Assembly: GCA_002104905.1 (NCBI GenBank)
Contig: MCFE01000235.1
Coordinates: 57,062-121,061, forward strand
Length of the DNA stretch: 64,000 nucleotides
Origin: Basidiobolus meristosporus CBS 931.73
Lineage: Eukaryota; Fungi; Basidiobolomycota
Direction: 5' to 3'
Part shown: positions 12,488 to 25,010 of the stretch, one piece after another
How the letters are laid out: the number at the start of each line of letters is the position of its first letter
Position numbering within the stretch: the stretch's first letter is position 1
Position numbers and translations under genes: made by a program
The notes under the pieces: generated by a model
What the model was told of the DNA's origin: nothing
The model's input: the letters and a program-made list of their open reading frames with translations, nothing else
Databases searched by the model: none

Positions 12488-15312
12488 TAGGTAGATTGGT
12501 TCTGCTATCTTAGAAAATCTTGGGATCCAGATCCTAAGGAACCCACAAGCTGCCACAAAGCCACAAGCTTGTGTGAGATTTGTGGGTGTAGGCCAGTTGC
12601 ATATCTTTTGTGTCTTGGAGTCTCCAGGTGAACAGCCAAAGGTGTTGCCTTTTTGTCCAACAATGGATATCTCTGATACACCAAAGCTGCTTTTCTCACC
12701 ACTGATGGTGAGTCCAGCTTCTTCAATGGCTTGTAACATGGCATTATTCTCTGAGATATGATCATAGACAAACTTTCTTACTCCAGGCATAACTTCAGTA
12801 GTGTCCCAGATTTTTGGTCTTTTGATGCCTATGTCATCAACAAAGACAGCAAGTTTCTCAGGTATAAACTGATACAGCACATTCACCATGCATCTCTGGA
12901 ACTGAGCCATGGAGTTTGTAGCCCCTTGGCTGAGTCTTGTCATCCTTAACAGTCCAAATGGTGTCTGGAGTGCAAATATATCTCTTGATGTCTCATCAAG
13001 GGGGATCTGGTCCTATCCTGTGTAGAGATTGTATGTTGAGTAGATGGAGTGGCCACTAAAGCTTTCTGCAAAGTCATCAATAGATGGAGGTATAGCAGCA
13101 TCTCTGATAGTGACAGCATTTGCAGGGTGCATGTTTAGAATGAATTGGAGCTTTCCATTCTTCTTTTGGTCACACACCATCTGTTAGCATAAGGTCCATG
13201 GCAAGGTTCTAGGATACCAGATTCTATCTTCTTCTTAAGTAGGTCATGCACATCAGCTTGGAGTCCTCTGGGCAGTGGGTAAGGCTTAAATGACCAGGGT
13301 GTGTGGGGCACTGTATGAATTGTGATAGGTTTTTCAACTAATGTCTTTAAGAGTCCCATCTCCTTTTCATTATATGAGAAGACCTTATCATGCCTTTTCA
13401 AGGTCTCTTTAAATAATAGTATCTCCTTTGATGTTAGGTTTCCATCACCAATGATAAGTTGCTTAAGTCTCTCAGGTGTGAGTTTTATATCTTCTGGTGT
13501 TTCTTCTGGTGGTCTAATGTAATCAGCAGGTTGAGATCCATCAGTCAAAGGGGTGAGTGATGGTTCAATCTTCTGTTCTACTGTCTTGTATTCTGTTTGA
13601 ACCATAGCTGTCTGCTCCTGTATACCTAATGAGCAGCTCCAAATGTTGGGGTGTATATTGTCAGGCTCCTCATCTTCTTCTATAACAAGATGTGTCTTCT
13701 GGCAAGCAGTATGTGTCCTCTTATTGTTGGGTGTTACACCACAGAAGGCTGACTGTAGTCCTGAGCTGGATCCTTGTATGGTGTACCATACTGACCCATT
13801 GCAATAGTTGGTAGTTGTAGCCTTGATACTGGTTTCTCATGGTGTACCTAGCAGAAGGTCAAAGTTTGCCTTCTGGCAGATGAAGAGGGGAAGCCAGACC
13901 ATAATTCATTGTACCTCAATAGGGAACCTGTGCACTGCACCATAGAGTGTACTAGATCCTGAGTTTGCATCAGTCATGTTCTATCCTATATCTGTATCAA
14001 CAGGGAGTAGCTCCTTGCTTCTAAGTGTCTTCCAGAAGTCTAGCGGCATAACACAAATCTCTGAGCCACTGTCAATATGGCAGTCAACAGGGTCATCATA
14101 TATATACCCTTTCACAACAGCAGTTGCAACTGAGTAAAAGGTCTTATATTCAGTAGTGTTGTCATCCTTTTGGTGGTCTTCATGGTTTGTCTGAATTATA
14201 TGGGTGTCCATATGTTCAACAGCTTGTTGTCTTCTTCTAAGCTGCTCATCAAAGGTCTTCCTAACAGATGGGGATACACTCATGATTTCTCCAACCAACA
14301 AAGTGAGGTTCTGCTTCAGCAGCTTCTCAGTAATCAGTTGAGGGCTTGAGTAGCTTGCTATCTTTGAGGTCATCTGAAAGTGAGGCAATGGATCTTGGGT
14401 GGGCAGCATACTAGGCTTCTTGTCAATAATAACTTCAGGTTCTTCAAATTGTGGTCTTCTAAGGATGGGTTTGGCATGTTCTCCAGGGAGGTGTCTTTTG
14501 GTAGCAAAGGCATTGACTTTGTATTGATTGTTGTCAGGGCTGCTTGGATTCACTTTATGAGTCCCAATAGGTGCATCAACAGTAATATTTCTGGTTGCTG
14601 AGTCAGATTTCTGGAAAAGGGCTCTCATCCCTCCTTGTTGGAAATTAGTGGGAACCCTTCTTCCTTCCTTGTCAGCAACCACTCCATCAGCATCAAACTG
14701 TACTGCTCCTTCTTTGAGTAGCTGACTAAGCTCTGCGCATTTTTGTCTGGAATGCTGAGTAGAGTCACACCAGATGCAGTGCCTGGGCAAAGGTCTTTAG
14801 CCCCCGGTGGCTACCTCAGCTGAGCCATTAATCTTGAGGGATAGCTTCTGTAGCTGTTCAGCAAGTTGGTCAATTCTGTAGGTAGTGTAGGTCTGATTGT
14901 CAGCAACAGCACTCTTTGGCTCCTTGGTTGACTGGTCTGGCAGATTAGATGTCAGGAGTCTCATAATGGTGGAAGTTTGCTTTGCCTCTAGGAGAACATG
15001 TTTCATCGCTGCAAAGCAAGGTATGCCAGACCTGTCATCCTTGGCTGCATGTAAGTCAACCTTCCTTGCTAAGTGCTGGGGAAGCCATTGTGCAAGGTAA
15101 AGTGTCATGGTAAACTCAGTTATAGCCTGGGACTCTAGGAGTGGCTTAGCCATATCTTCATACTGTTGAATGAACTCCTCAAGTGGTAGCTTGGAAAGTC
15201 CAATCCTTCCAAAGTGTCTGAGGTCTTCAATTCCATAGTATGTCTGGGGTCTACCATACTCAGTCTGTAGGTAGGTCTTCATTAAGGCCCAGACAGTGAG
15301 AATTGTGGTAAT

Positions 15313-16500
15313 GGAAAGTATTCCATTACTACAATATCTCTAAACCAATATTGCACTCATTTCTTTATTTTGCTTTTTCCTATTGTAACACACAAGTGAA
15401 AGATCAAGAATTTCCAACTTTGAAGAGCAAATGCTCCAGACCCTGACAAGCAATCCACCCAAGAATATTATATCATACAGAACACGTAGTAGCCAACACA
15501 TATTTCAAATTACAGCTCATTTGAAGCAGTACTTAAGGAGTTATGACCAAAAGAGTCCAATTATTATATATACTATGTCTTATTGCTAGGATTACTATGG
15601 TGACTTTGATTGCGTGTAACTTTTGAGCTAGCCAATCAAATCACGTGAAAATTTCACAGATGCTGCGCCTATGTCCGATCTGCGCCACTGCAAAATTTTA
15701 GCTTTGTATCACATGTATTGCTTGCGCAATTGTCCAAAAACTTTGATCCTTCAAAATTTTCATATATATGACTTCCCCAGCTGAAAAATAAAGGGAGAGC
15801 CTCTCTTTCCAGAATCTCCACACTACAATTACAAGTTTAAAGGTTATAAGACTTCCCCTGCATCACTTGCACTGTTGAGTATTCTGACTTTGATTGGTAC
15901 TATATCAGTAAAGAGACTGCAAAGCTCACAAGAATCCAATCTAAGTTCTACAAGAAACTACCACTTTTCTGTTGGAAAAGTCCTCTCTAAGAAAACCCTT
16001 TACTCTAAAGACACCCCTTTAGACACCCCTTTAGAGACCCCTTTAAGAAACTCCTTTACTCTAAAGACACCCTTTTAGGCACCCCTTTAATGTAAAGACC
16101 TCTTTAGAGACCACTACAAGAAGCCCCTTTACTCTAAAGACACCCCTTTAGGTTAAAGGGGAGTTCAGAATTTCCATATTAGGAAATACTTTCTCAGAAA
16201 GGAAAGTGACTTCCAAATAAGGAAAAGTTACTATAAAAGTAAATAAGCCCATTAGTCAACAGAAGGTCAGAACACTGCTGTAGAAGTGATAAACACTGCC
16301 TACAGTATATTTTGAGCCTAAGATTGAGGAAATTACTGAAAGTTATATCTTCTATTGGTATATCAAGCTCTCAATAAACTATTTCAGTATTAGCATACTG
16401 GAAGTTGTTGTATATTGTTGATTAGCCTCTACATTGTAGAACAAGCCCCAAACTAATCATAATACAACACAACAGAATGTCTCCTTGTCTGAGAAGCTTA
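15313..16500. mobile_element. Unclassified ~1.19-kb insertion in Gypsy gag
   Basis: Flanked by GTGGTAAT at 15305-15312 and 16501-16508; removal rejoins gag in frame (CTNDITTILTVWALMKTYLQTEY). Internal short tandem repeat (CACCCCTTTA-type) at ~15994-16150. No TIR or recognisable ORF. Confidence 0.6.
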
Positions 16501-16804
16501 GTGGTAATATCATTGGTGCAGTAGTAGGGGAAGTCTTGAGCCATTTCTTGCTCAGATAGGCTGCACATCTTGCAGAGCTTCTCCCATATGAATATGAAGC
16601 TTTCCACATTCTTTCCATCAAACTGTGGGGCTCCATGTGAGAGTGGTAATGGCATAGAGTTCATTTTGGGCAGGTAGGTTGGTGTTGTAATCTTGATAAT
16701 ATTGGTAGTCTCTTTTCAATCAGTGGATTACTGCTCAAATCTTCAGGTAAATCTTGTTGGGTCCCAGGTAGCTTGTATGAACCCCCCACATTGGGTGCCA
16801 ATTA

Positions 16805-17874
16805 TGAGGTGGTGTATAAGTCCAAGGGAGAGATATGTCCAACACTTCTCAAGTGTTTTATGTGTGGGGTGCTCACTGGGTGCAATAACCTCTGGCAAAA
16901 GCTTGCTAGGAATACTTGGGTTCTGTCTCTAATCTAATATGAAGGGGAATAAAGCCACAAGCTTGTCAAGGGAAAACTATTGAGCTACAATCCCCAACTT
17001 AGTTGGTGTCTTAACATAAGTATGTGCTGGGTTCAGTGTCCTTTGAGATGACAATGTACTAAAGCTTCCAAAGTCAAAACAACTGTAAACTCCACCAGCA
17101 GGGACTTGATAAGAATGCAGCTGTGTTCAATTGTTACAAAGACAGAAAAGTATCTTTGCCTGTACAAGAACAAACTTGGGAAAGAATCCAATGTAATAAA
17201 AGATACCTACTCTAAGTATTCCTCACAAGTAGTGCCTCCAAGGTCAGTTGGCTGTTGGCGTGGTTTCCTGGGAGTGTCCTGTGGTCTGGGGTTGGAAGTT
17301 CAGGTAGCAGCAGGTAGAAGTGATCAAATTAATCAACAAGTTGGTATATTGATAAAAGGGATGATGATTTATTGTTGAGGGATAGCCTCCTTATATACTT
17401 TTCTTACTGGCTAAGTGATTACTAATCACGGTGTTCTAGAGGGTTCCGGATATCAGTAGAATTCTTAATGACATCAGAATGCCCTAAGAATGTTCTAGGT
17501 AGGTGCCGGAAGGTTCTAAGAGGCACAGCACATCCAACCAATCAGGAATCAGTATTCTGAAACCTGTGTAACATAGGGATACCTTATATGGTATGGAAAT
17601 GGCAGGGATGGTGACACAGGTTGATCATATGTCATGGGTACTGGCGCAGGTATTTGCCTAATATAGAAGCGCTTATAGCTAGTAATCTTACACAAAGTGA
17701 GGGGTAACTTATGCAACAAGGTAAGCAGCTGTGATAGTCAACCAGCTTATGGGATGGTATTGATCAGGTAAGACAAATGGGATAAAACTAAAATAAGTGT
17801 AGTAGAGATATAGGGAAGTAGAAAATAAGGGAATGAGCACATCTGTCAGTGGGTGTCACTGTCACCTCATCACA
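16805..17874 (-). repeat. Gypsy 5' LTR (1070 bp)
   Basis: Followed on the minus strand by TAAT and then the PBS TGGCACCCAATGTGGGG. Confidence 0.95.
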
Positions 17875-18239
17875 ACGGGCTCCTGAGGTAGCCACTGGTT
17901 TTTATCATTACCTGGTCCTTTACTGCTACTTTGACTGAGTGCTTCCAGAGTAGACCTGCCCTTTTTCCTTGATAAATATTGTGCTGGTGCATCCATTTCT
18001 GTCTGCTTGTCTATTATTGGCACTATTTCAGCTACCTGACATCTCTTTGACACTTGCTTAGAGCTTTTGCCTGGCTTTCAACTGGCTGTTGAGGAAGCTG
18101 CTGGTTTTTGGCCATTGCACCCTTGTTCTTCTACCTGTAATAGCTTCTGCTACTTTTGAGATACTCTCTCTGCATACTAATGCTGGCCCAAAATCTGTTT
18201 GCTTGTTTGAATCCAGGATAATGCTCTTGGAACAAGTCC

Positions 18240-21190
18240 AGCACATTCTGCCTGGAGTTTGTGTCAGAACTTGAGCAGCTATACTACAAGCATAGAGCTG
18301 AATGTCTGGATCTCTGCCACTGCTGTATCAATTCTCTGCTCCATCTTGCTTAGTGTGTGGAAAATACTGGGCCTTGTTTCACCTTCTGGGAGTTTCCTAT
18401 GGAGCAGATGTGTGGGCTTATAGGAAGACAAGTCAAGTTGCAGGTACTACCATACCTTAATCTCATTAAGAATATTACCTTCAAGTCAGTCATTGGTGTG
18501 ATGAGTTGGCACAACAAGGTCAGCCAGGGAGAGTTTGAAAATACTGATGACAGATGTGCCCATAGAGATACCTATGCCTTTGGCATTAAGAAGCTAAGCA
18601 GCCTCAATGCATAGGTAATCAGTTAAGTAATGCAAGGTTGGGTGAGGTGCTACAAGCAACTAATTTTTATTGGGAAAACTTTACCAGAGTATTCCAGGTT
18701 TGTCTTGGTCAAAAGCTGGTTTCTATACCGTTCAATATGTAACTCACACAAACAAGAACCACAGCACCTATAAGGGAGAAGGTACATATTAGCTAAATAC
18801 TAAAATGTTCTTTGCCAATATTCAGGAGGTATTCATGGCAAAGTGGCAGCAATCAAGCACATGCTTGCAAGATATATACATTACCAGCAATACAAAGTAT
18901 ATGGCAGCTTTGCAAGTATCACACTAAACAGTCACAAAGCTAACAAGATAGAAGTGTGTCAATTGCAGCATATGAGCGCATATGTAGCGGTTAGTAAGCA
19001 GGAGGCAGCAGTATTTTTTGATTCAAACTATATGTGGAATACCCAAGGTAGAAGTGGTCAGCAAGTTATTAGGGATGATTCTGCAGTGAAAATATGAATG
19101 GCACAGGGGGAGGTAGAACAAAAAACCCCAATTGGTAAGTTAGTACAATAGCATTATACAGAACTAGCTATAGGTGCTGTACTACTATTGAGACACCTTC
19201 AGTAGCTTGCAATGAGGCCATCAAAACAGCATCAAGTGTCTTGCCATATAAGGCAACTGTATGTACTGGCCAGTCAGATCCACTCCAGTAGATGTAAAGT
19301 ACATCAAAACCATCACAATGCCATGCCACTCTTGTCTAAAGACTGCCAAAGTCCTGTCATGTTTTGGGCATTATTTAGCAGTAAAATTTGCAAAATGCAG
19401 TTGTGATCCAGTCATGAGTTCATGTAGAGGGTCATTAATTTCATGCTGTTGGCATTAAAAAGGTCTCTTGATGGGATCCTGAAGGCTTATCTGCATTGGA
19501 TCCGCCTGCAGGACCAAATTATTTTTCATGGGATAAAGATTGAGGGAATATGTTGGAACAAAAGCTTTCTACTGGGAGCAATGCACTTGCACTTTAACAA
19601 TATCTCTGTAAAAATGACAAAGCTGTGCATGGGGCGTTTCAAGCCAAATGAGCCCTTTGATATGCTAGAAAGCTTGAAAGAATTAACCAGGTAGCTCAGA
19701 GTATCCACTACACAAAGTATTTCTCACAATGTCTAATCAATATTCATATACATCTGTGGCAATACAGATGCAAGGACTGAATGAACTGAGTATGTACTTG
19801 TTAAGTGGCCTTCTCAAGTAGTTCCTACACAGAGCACATTGAGAGCATTGGGAGTCATATGTTGAAGCTGTAGAATTACGTATCCAGAAGCAGATCCACA
19901 ATATCAATTTGGGGTATCTATAGCATTTATCCAAGGAATATGTGAAAGGTTTTGAGCAGCAATACTACAAGCATAAGTTGGAGCACTTAGATCCCTGCTG
20001 TTACTGCATACACTTTCTACTCCAACTTGCTTGTTATGTGGAAAATGTTGGACCTTACTTGACCTTTTTGGAGCTTCCTATGGAGCAGATGTATGGGAGA
20101 TAGTAAGACAAGTCAAGTTGCAAGTACCATCAAATCCTAATCTCATCAAGAATATTATTTTTAAGTCCATGATGATTGTGAATATTTGGCACACCAAGGA
20201 CAGATAGGTAGGGTTAGAAAATACTGAGGACAAATGTGCATATGGCAGCACCATTCCCTTGGCAATAAGAAGCTTAGCAGCCCCAACAGATAGGTAAATA
20301 GGTTAAGTAATGCAGTTTGAGTTATACACAACAAGCAATTAATTTTTGTTAGGACAGCTTTACCAAGGAATGCCAGGTATCTCTTGGTCACAAGCAAGCT
20401 TCTACACCATTCAATATGGAGCTCATGCCAGCAATTTGTACAGAAAGTACCAGAGCATACCTAGAAGGGGTACTGGAATCCAGCAGGGCAAAGGAATATA
20501 TTGGCCAAGTACCAAAAAGTATTTTGGGAATATTCAAAGGTATTCATGGTAAAAGTGGTGGCAATAACACATATGTTTGCAAGATGTATATGTTACCAAC
20601 CATACATGGTATATGTCAACATTGCAAATATCACACCAAAAAACCATAAAGTTGAGGTAACAGGAGTGTATTAATTGCCGCAGGTGTGCACATATGTAGC
20701 AGTTGGCTCCCAGGAGGCAACAGATCACTTTGGCTCAAACTATATGTATAATACCCATAGTAGTAGTGGGTCAGCAAATAAATTGGGGTGATTCTACAAT
20801 AGAATGTATATAAATGTTGCTAGGGGAGGTAGGAAAAGGAAACAGTAATTGTTAAATTGGCATTGTAGCATTATAAAGCACTTGATGTAGGCTCCCATAC
20901 TGCTGCTATAATGCCAACAGATGTCTATAGCAAGGCCAATTGATATACCACCAGGTTTTTTTCCATATAACATTTGTATGTACCACCTAGTAGTGTCCAC
21001 TCAAATAAGTGTGGACCACAATATGACCATTAGAGTACCATTCAAATCCTACCAAAGGATTGCAAAAGCACTCTCAAGTGGATTTACCTATTCAGCAGTA
21101 AAATCAGCTAAACACCAACACAATCCCATCATAAGGTCATAAAGAGGGTCAATATTTCTAAGCTGCCAGCATTATGACAGCCTTGTTGTG
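18240..21190 (+). mobile_element. Two head-to-tail partial CACTA/EnSpm-like transposase relics (offset ~1.7 kb)
   Basis: TGPCFTFWEFPMEQMCGLIGRQVK (W-x-FP-x-ER-x-CG block), GAMHLHFNNIS and EQLYYKH. 18273 aligns with 19954, 19111 with 20827, and 19215 with 20933. Confidence 0.7.
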
Positions 21191-22410
21191 GAGTCCTGAT
21201 TGATGACAGTCCATGTTTGTGGTTATATTTGGTGCAGATGTTTGTAGTCTATCATCAGTTGTTGCAGCATACTAATACACAAGGTTTTTTTGCAGATTAC
21301 CACTCTTTTTGAGGCACTGGTCTGATGGGTGTCCTTTCCTTTTGCAGTAGCTGCAAAACAGGCTTCTGAAGCCTTTCAAGTACTTTGGGTACTTCCTTTG
21401 TTGGCTATCACTTCTTATTAAAGCATTATCTTTTTCCTTCTTATTGGTGCTTATTTTTCTTTACTCTTCATCTAAGAGCCTTCTGTATATGTTGTTCATG
21501 GTCAAGTCTTCAGTTCTGGACTCTAGGGCTGAAACCAGGCCCTGAAACTTGTTTGTTAGCCTATTTAGAGTGGTAACTATCACATTGTCACCAATAGTTG
21601 ATACACCCACTGACTCCATCTAATCAGTCAACAGGGTAACTCTCTAATTAGATTTTTCATTTCTTTTCCTGACTTCATATATGTAGAAAAGAATTTTTGT
21701 CTAAGATACATTGTCTTATCAGCTGAATGTGACTGATAAGTGTCTTCTAATGCCTTCCAGGCATATTTTGCTGTTTTTGCTCTTGAGCATTGAATTAACA
21801 ATTTGTCTTGAACATTAAGGCCAATTAAGTCAAAGGCACTTTGTTCCTTCTTCTGGTACTCAAAGGCTTTTTCTCCCATATATTTAGGAGTGCATTCTTC
21901 TCCCATAACAATGTGCCAAAGGCCTTTCTCCTGTTGCATTGTCTTGATCATCACCTTCCGGACTTGGTTGTTAGATCCATCCAGCTTTTCAGCAGAGGGA
22001 AAAATTTCAATATTAGTGGTAGTAGATGTTGAAGAGAGTGACAATTCAGGGCTCATAACCTTATGTAGGAGTATTGGAGATATTAGAAGTCACTGTGAGA
22101 ATAAGTAGATTATGTGGTTTGTACTTGATGATTTATTGAATGTTACAGTGTTTCTTATACTTTTACATGGTGTTGGCAAAACACACACACATTGAATATG
22201 CTTAAGACAGTTCCAAAAACATATGTGTAAAGTAAGAGGGAGCTTTGAAAACTCATAGAATCTTCATGCTCTGGGCACCAGATGATTTGGTAAAAATGTG
22301 CTAAGCAGATCACAACATGGAGTTTGGTTTGTATACTCTAAGATCTGTAGCTAATGATCAAAGTAACTACATTAGGTGAATATTCAGGTGGAATTACAAA
22401 TTCCACAACA
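21190..22410 (-). mobile_element. Copia 5' relic: LTR (~22061-22410), PBS, gag with zinc knuckle
   Basis: ORF 21628-22056 is a homologue of gag 775-1110 (KLDGSN); CSYCKRKGHPSDQC near 21320-21360; PBS GGTTATGAGCCCTG at 22047-22060. Confidence 0.85.
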
Positions 22411-22599
22411 ACCATAGCCACCGGTAACTTGGAGGTATTTGATATAAGTCTGAGGTACATAGACCATCACCTTGAGTCTGTCTAAGTATATTTAAGATAT
22501 ACCTATTAAGTAATAAAATGAAGACTATCAACTGGTAGCTGCTCTGATGGTGATAAACCTTAACTGGGTAAGAACCAAACCAAATCAAGGGAGCTTAGT

Positions 22600-24357
22600 G
22601 TTATCTGAAAGCCCAGACTACCCTTTCAGTCTATGGCTGGCAGCTTTATGTATATTGTGCTAGGAGCACCTTGAAATATCTTATATTCAACGGGAATTGT
22701 CAGTCAGCAAAATTAGAACTATGGATCTAATCATGTTGCAGTGATTAAGTGATTTTTCAGGTATTTAAATACAATTGCCAATATACGCTTGAGACAAACA
22801 TATAGAGAGTCATAACAGGAACTTCTGAAATACTCTGGTGCAGGTTGGAGACAAAATTTCAAATATTGAAGATTCTCATCATCATATAACCCACTTTACT
22901 GCAAAGGAGGAGTTGCAAGGAATTCAAGAGAACAACTGACTGTAGCACTATTCACTACAGGGACAGACTATATGGTAGCATAGGAGGCTACATAAGAAAT
23001 AATGTGGCTAAGATATCTTTTACAGATTTAGGTTTATGCAAGCAGATCATTGTATTTATTTCTACTTCAAGATAAGCAAGGATGTGCACAATCAGGTGAA
23101 GGTACTGTTGTATCCAAGAGAAAAGTGTAATAAAACTCTTGGAGTTAACTGAACCTAAGTGATAACTAAGCACAGAATCTTAGAATTGTCAAGGGTGACA
23201 GAAATATTAGCAGAGAAGTTCTGGTCTAATATTGGTTTTGTATATAGTTGAGTTGGGCTATAAAGGCAACAGAGTTGGTTTGCTATACAGGCTAGGCTTG
23301 GTGTTCTTGGGAATACTAGATGTGCTAGGCTTGGGTGGATTTTAGAACAGAATTGTTGAATTCTTGATTTTGCTGAAGCACAATTCTAATTTTGTTGAGA
23401 CACACACTAAACCAAAAGGTTCAGTAAACTTTATTTATACTTTTCTGATTGAGTTGCATTAGTGAGCGCTAAGAGACTGGACTAATTGAAATCTATTGGG
23501 GTGTTGATAGGTGCATAAGATAAATGAAAAATTGCATCATTAATCAGCTGATGTCTTGGCAACTGCTAAGTGGTTGGATAAATTTCAGATGACTAATCAC
23601 TTGGAAAGGCTTAGCAGATCAGTTGAGGACATAATAACCACATGAAAATTGATCAGGTGTGGCAGCTAAAAATAGATTCTGAGAAGTGATAAAATATACC
23701 ATAACAGGGATCAGTTATGTTTGGGTTAGGGAAGATCAGTTAGGGTACTAGATTTTCTAACAGAGTGAAATTGGCCAAGTTTTAAATGTTGATGCGCAAC
23801 AGGTATAACTTTTCATGCTAGAGCTAGGCAAATACAAATTAGCTATCTTCCCATCCAGGAAGCTGCAGAAAATAGCCTAGGTTCACTTGGTTTACTCTGT
23901 CACAAATGAGGGGATCACAATTATAATTACAAAACATCAGCTAGAGGCAAAGCTGATTATATTGGATTACAGTGGGGCCTAGTTGATATGAGCTTTTAGT
24001 TAGAGGAGGAGTGTTGTAGGTTTTGTAATTACACCTATAAATGGCCTAGACTTAGACACTTACACTGCAGTCTACAAATCTTGGAGAATGCTCCCTAGAC
24101 TTCAGGTGGGGATTTACTTCAAATATATCACCCAAATACAAGATACCTGGGACATGAAATATTGCAACAATGGCCAAACAGCCCCATACTTTGCATACAT
24201 GCTTTGGGGACCTCTGTAAACATATTCTATATGCTGGTCTTGTCAGTACCATGTAAACACATATAAACCACTCTTCAATTCAATTAGTTACCAAGTGAAA
24301 ACCACCAAATCTACTTGCTCTTCTAATTACATCAGTGTCTCCAGAATACCTATAGCA
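22600..24357 (+). mobile_element. Copia 3' relic: RT end/RNase H, PPT, LTR (24012-24357); interrupted by solo LTR 23106-23801
   Basis: Degenerate homology to 3530-4225; PPT AGAGGAGGAG; LTR TGTTGTAGG...CTATAGCA. Confidence 0.75.
23106..23801. mobile_element. Solo LTR (696 bp) of a third LTR family, TSD GGTAC/GGTAT
   Basis: TGTTG...CAACA termini; reverse complement of 52928-53625; host Copia RNase H rejoins across it. Confidence 0.85.
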
Positions 24358-24429
24358 CTACAAACTAATCACCAAACTCATAGGTAATAAGTTGAGTAAG
24401 GAATGACATGATCTGCTGTAGCAGGCATC

Positions 24430-25010
24430 TAACTTATTCCAAGGAGCACATCATCAAAATATGGCCAGAATCTCTTGGGTAAGAGCCAAACTCCACACCT
24501 TTTGGTATGCAGCTCACAAAAAGAAGGGAGTGATGACACCTACAAAAGGGACTAGAGTCTAGAAGGGAGAATGAATATATCAGCCAAGCGCTGGGAGGAA
24601 TTTTGTGAATGTTCAAGAGGTGATTATGGGAAAGATGGCAGCAACAAAGCATGTGTTTGCAGGATATATGTGTTACAAACAACATGAGGTATTTGGCAAC
24701 TTTGAAAGCCTTGTACTGAGCAGCCATCAAGTCCAGGGATTATAAATATCTCGATAGCAGCTGGTGTGCATGTGTGTTGAGGTTGACATGCAGGAGGCAA
24801 AAGTATTTTTTGATTCGGACTGCATGTGGAATACCCATGGTAATGTGGGTAAAATAATAAAGAGGGATGATTTTACAGTGCCATGTGTGAATGATATGAG
24901 CGGGGGGGGGGTAACAAAGTGCAATACAATTTGGGGAATTGGTATGATGTCATTGTACAATTGAAAGCAGTTCCCCACCTCCATATCACACCCAAACTCC
25001 TATTACCGCT
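24430..25010 (+). mobile_element. CACTA-like transposase C-terminal relic
   Basis: QEAKVFFDSDCMWNTHGNVGKIIKRDD matches QEAAVFFDSNYMWNTQGRSGQQVIRDD at 18990-19085. Confidence 0.6.

Larger units (their letters stand above)
8099..17874 (-). mobile_element. Full-length Ty3/Gypsy LTR retrotransposon, defective, 4-bp TSD ACGG, with three nested insertions
   Basis: LTRs at 8099-9169 and 16805-17874 (~1070 bp, TG...CA). TSD ACGG at 8095-8098 and 17875-17878. PPT at 9170-9185 and PBS at 16784-16800. Gag start PQFDGKNVESF, Cys/His gag motif CIWCDSTQHSRQKC (DUF4100-like, from memory), PR DSGSEICVM, RT QGATNS...FVDD, RH DASPIG...ETDAKPL, IN ARDDLSGWAE and YHFQANGMIER. Confidence 0.95.

Noticed and set aside
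15285-15340. Helitron 3' end at the hairpin of the 1.19-kb insert
   Set aside because: A CTGG follows the hairpin on the minus strand but is not followed by T, no A/TC 5' end is found, and Helitrons do not make TSDs.
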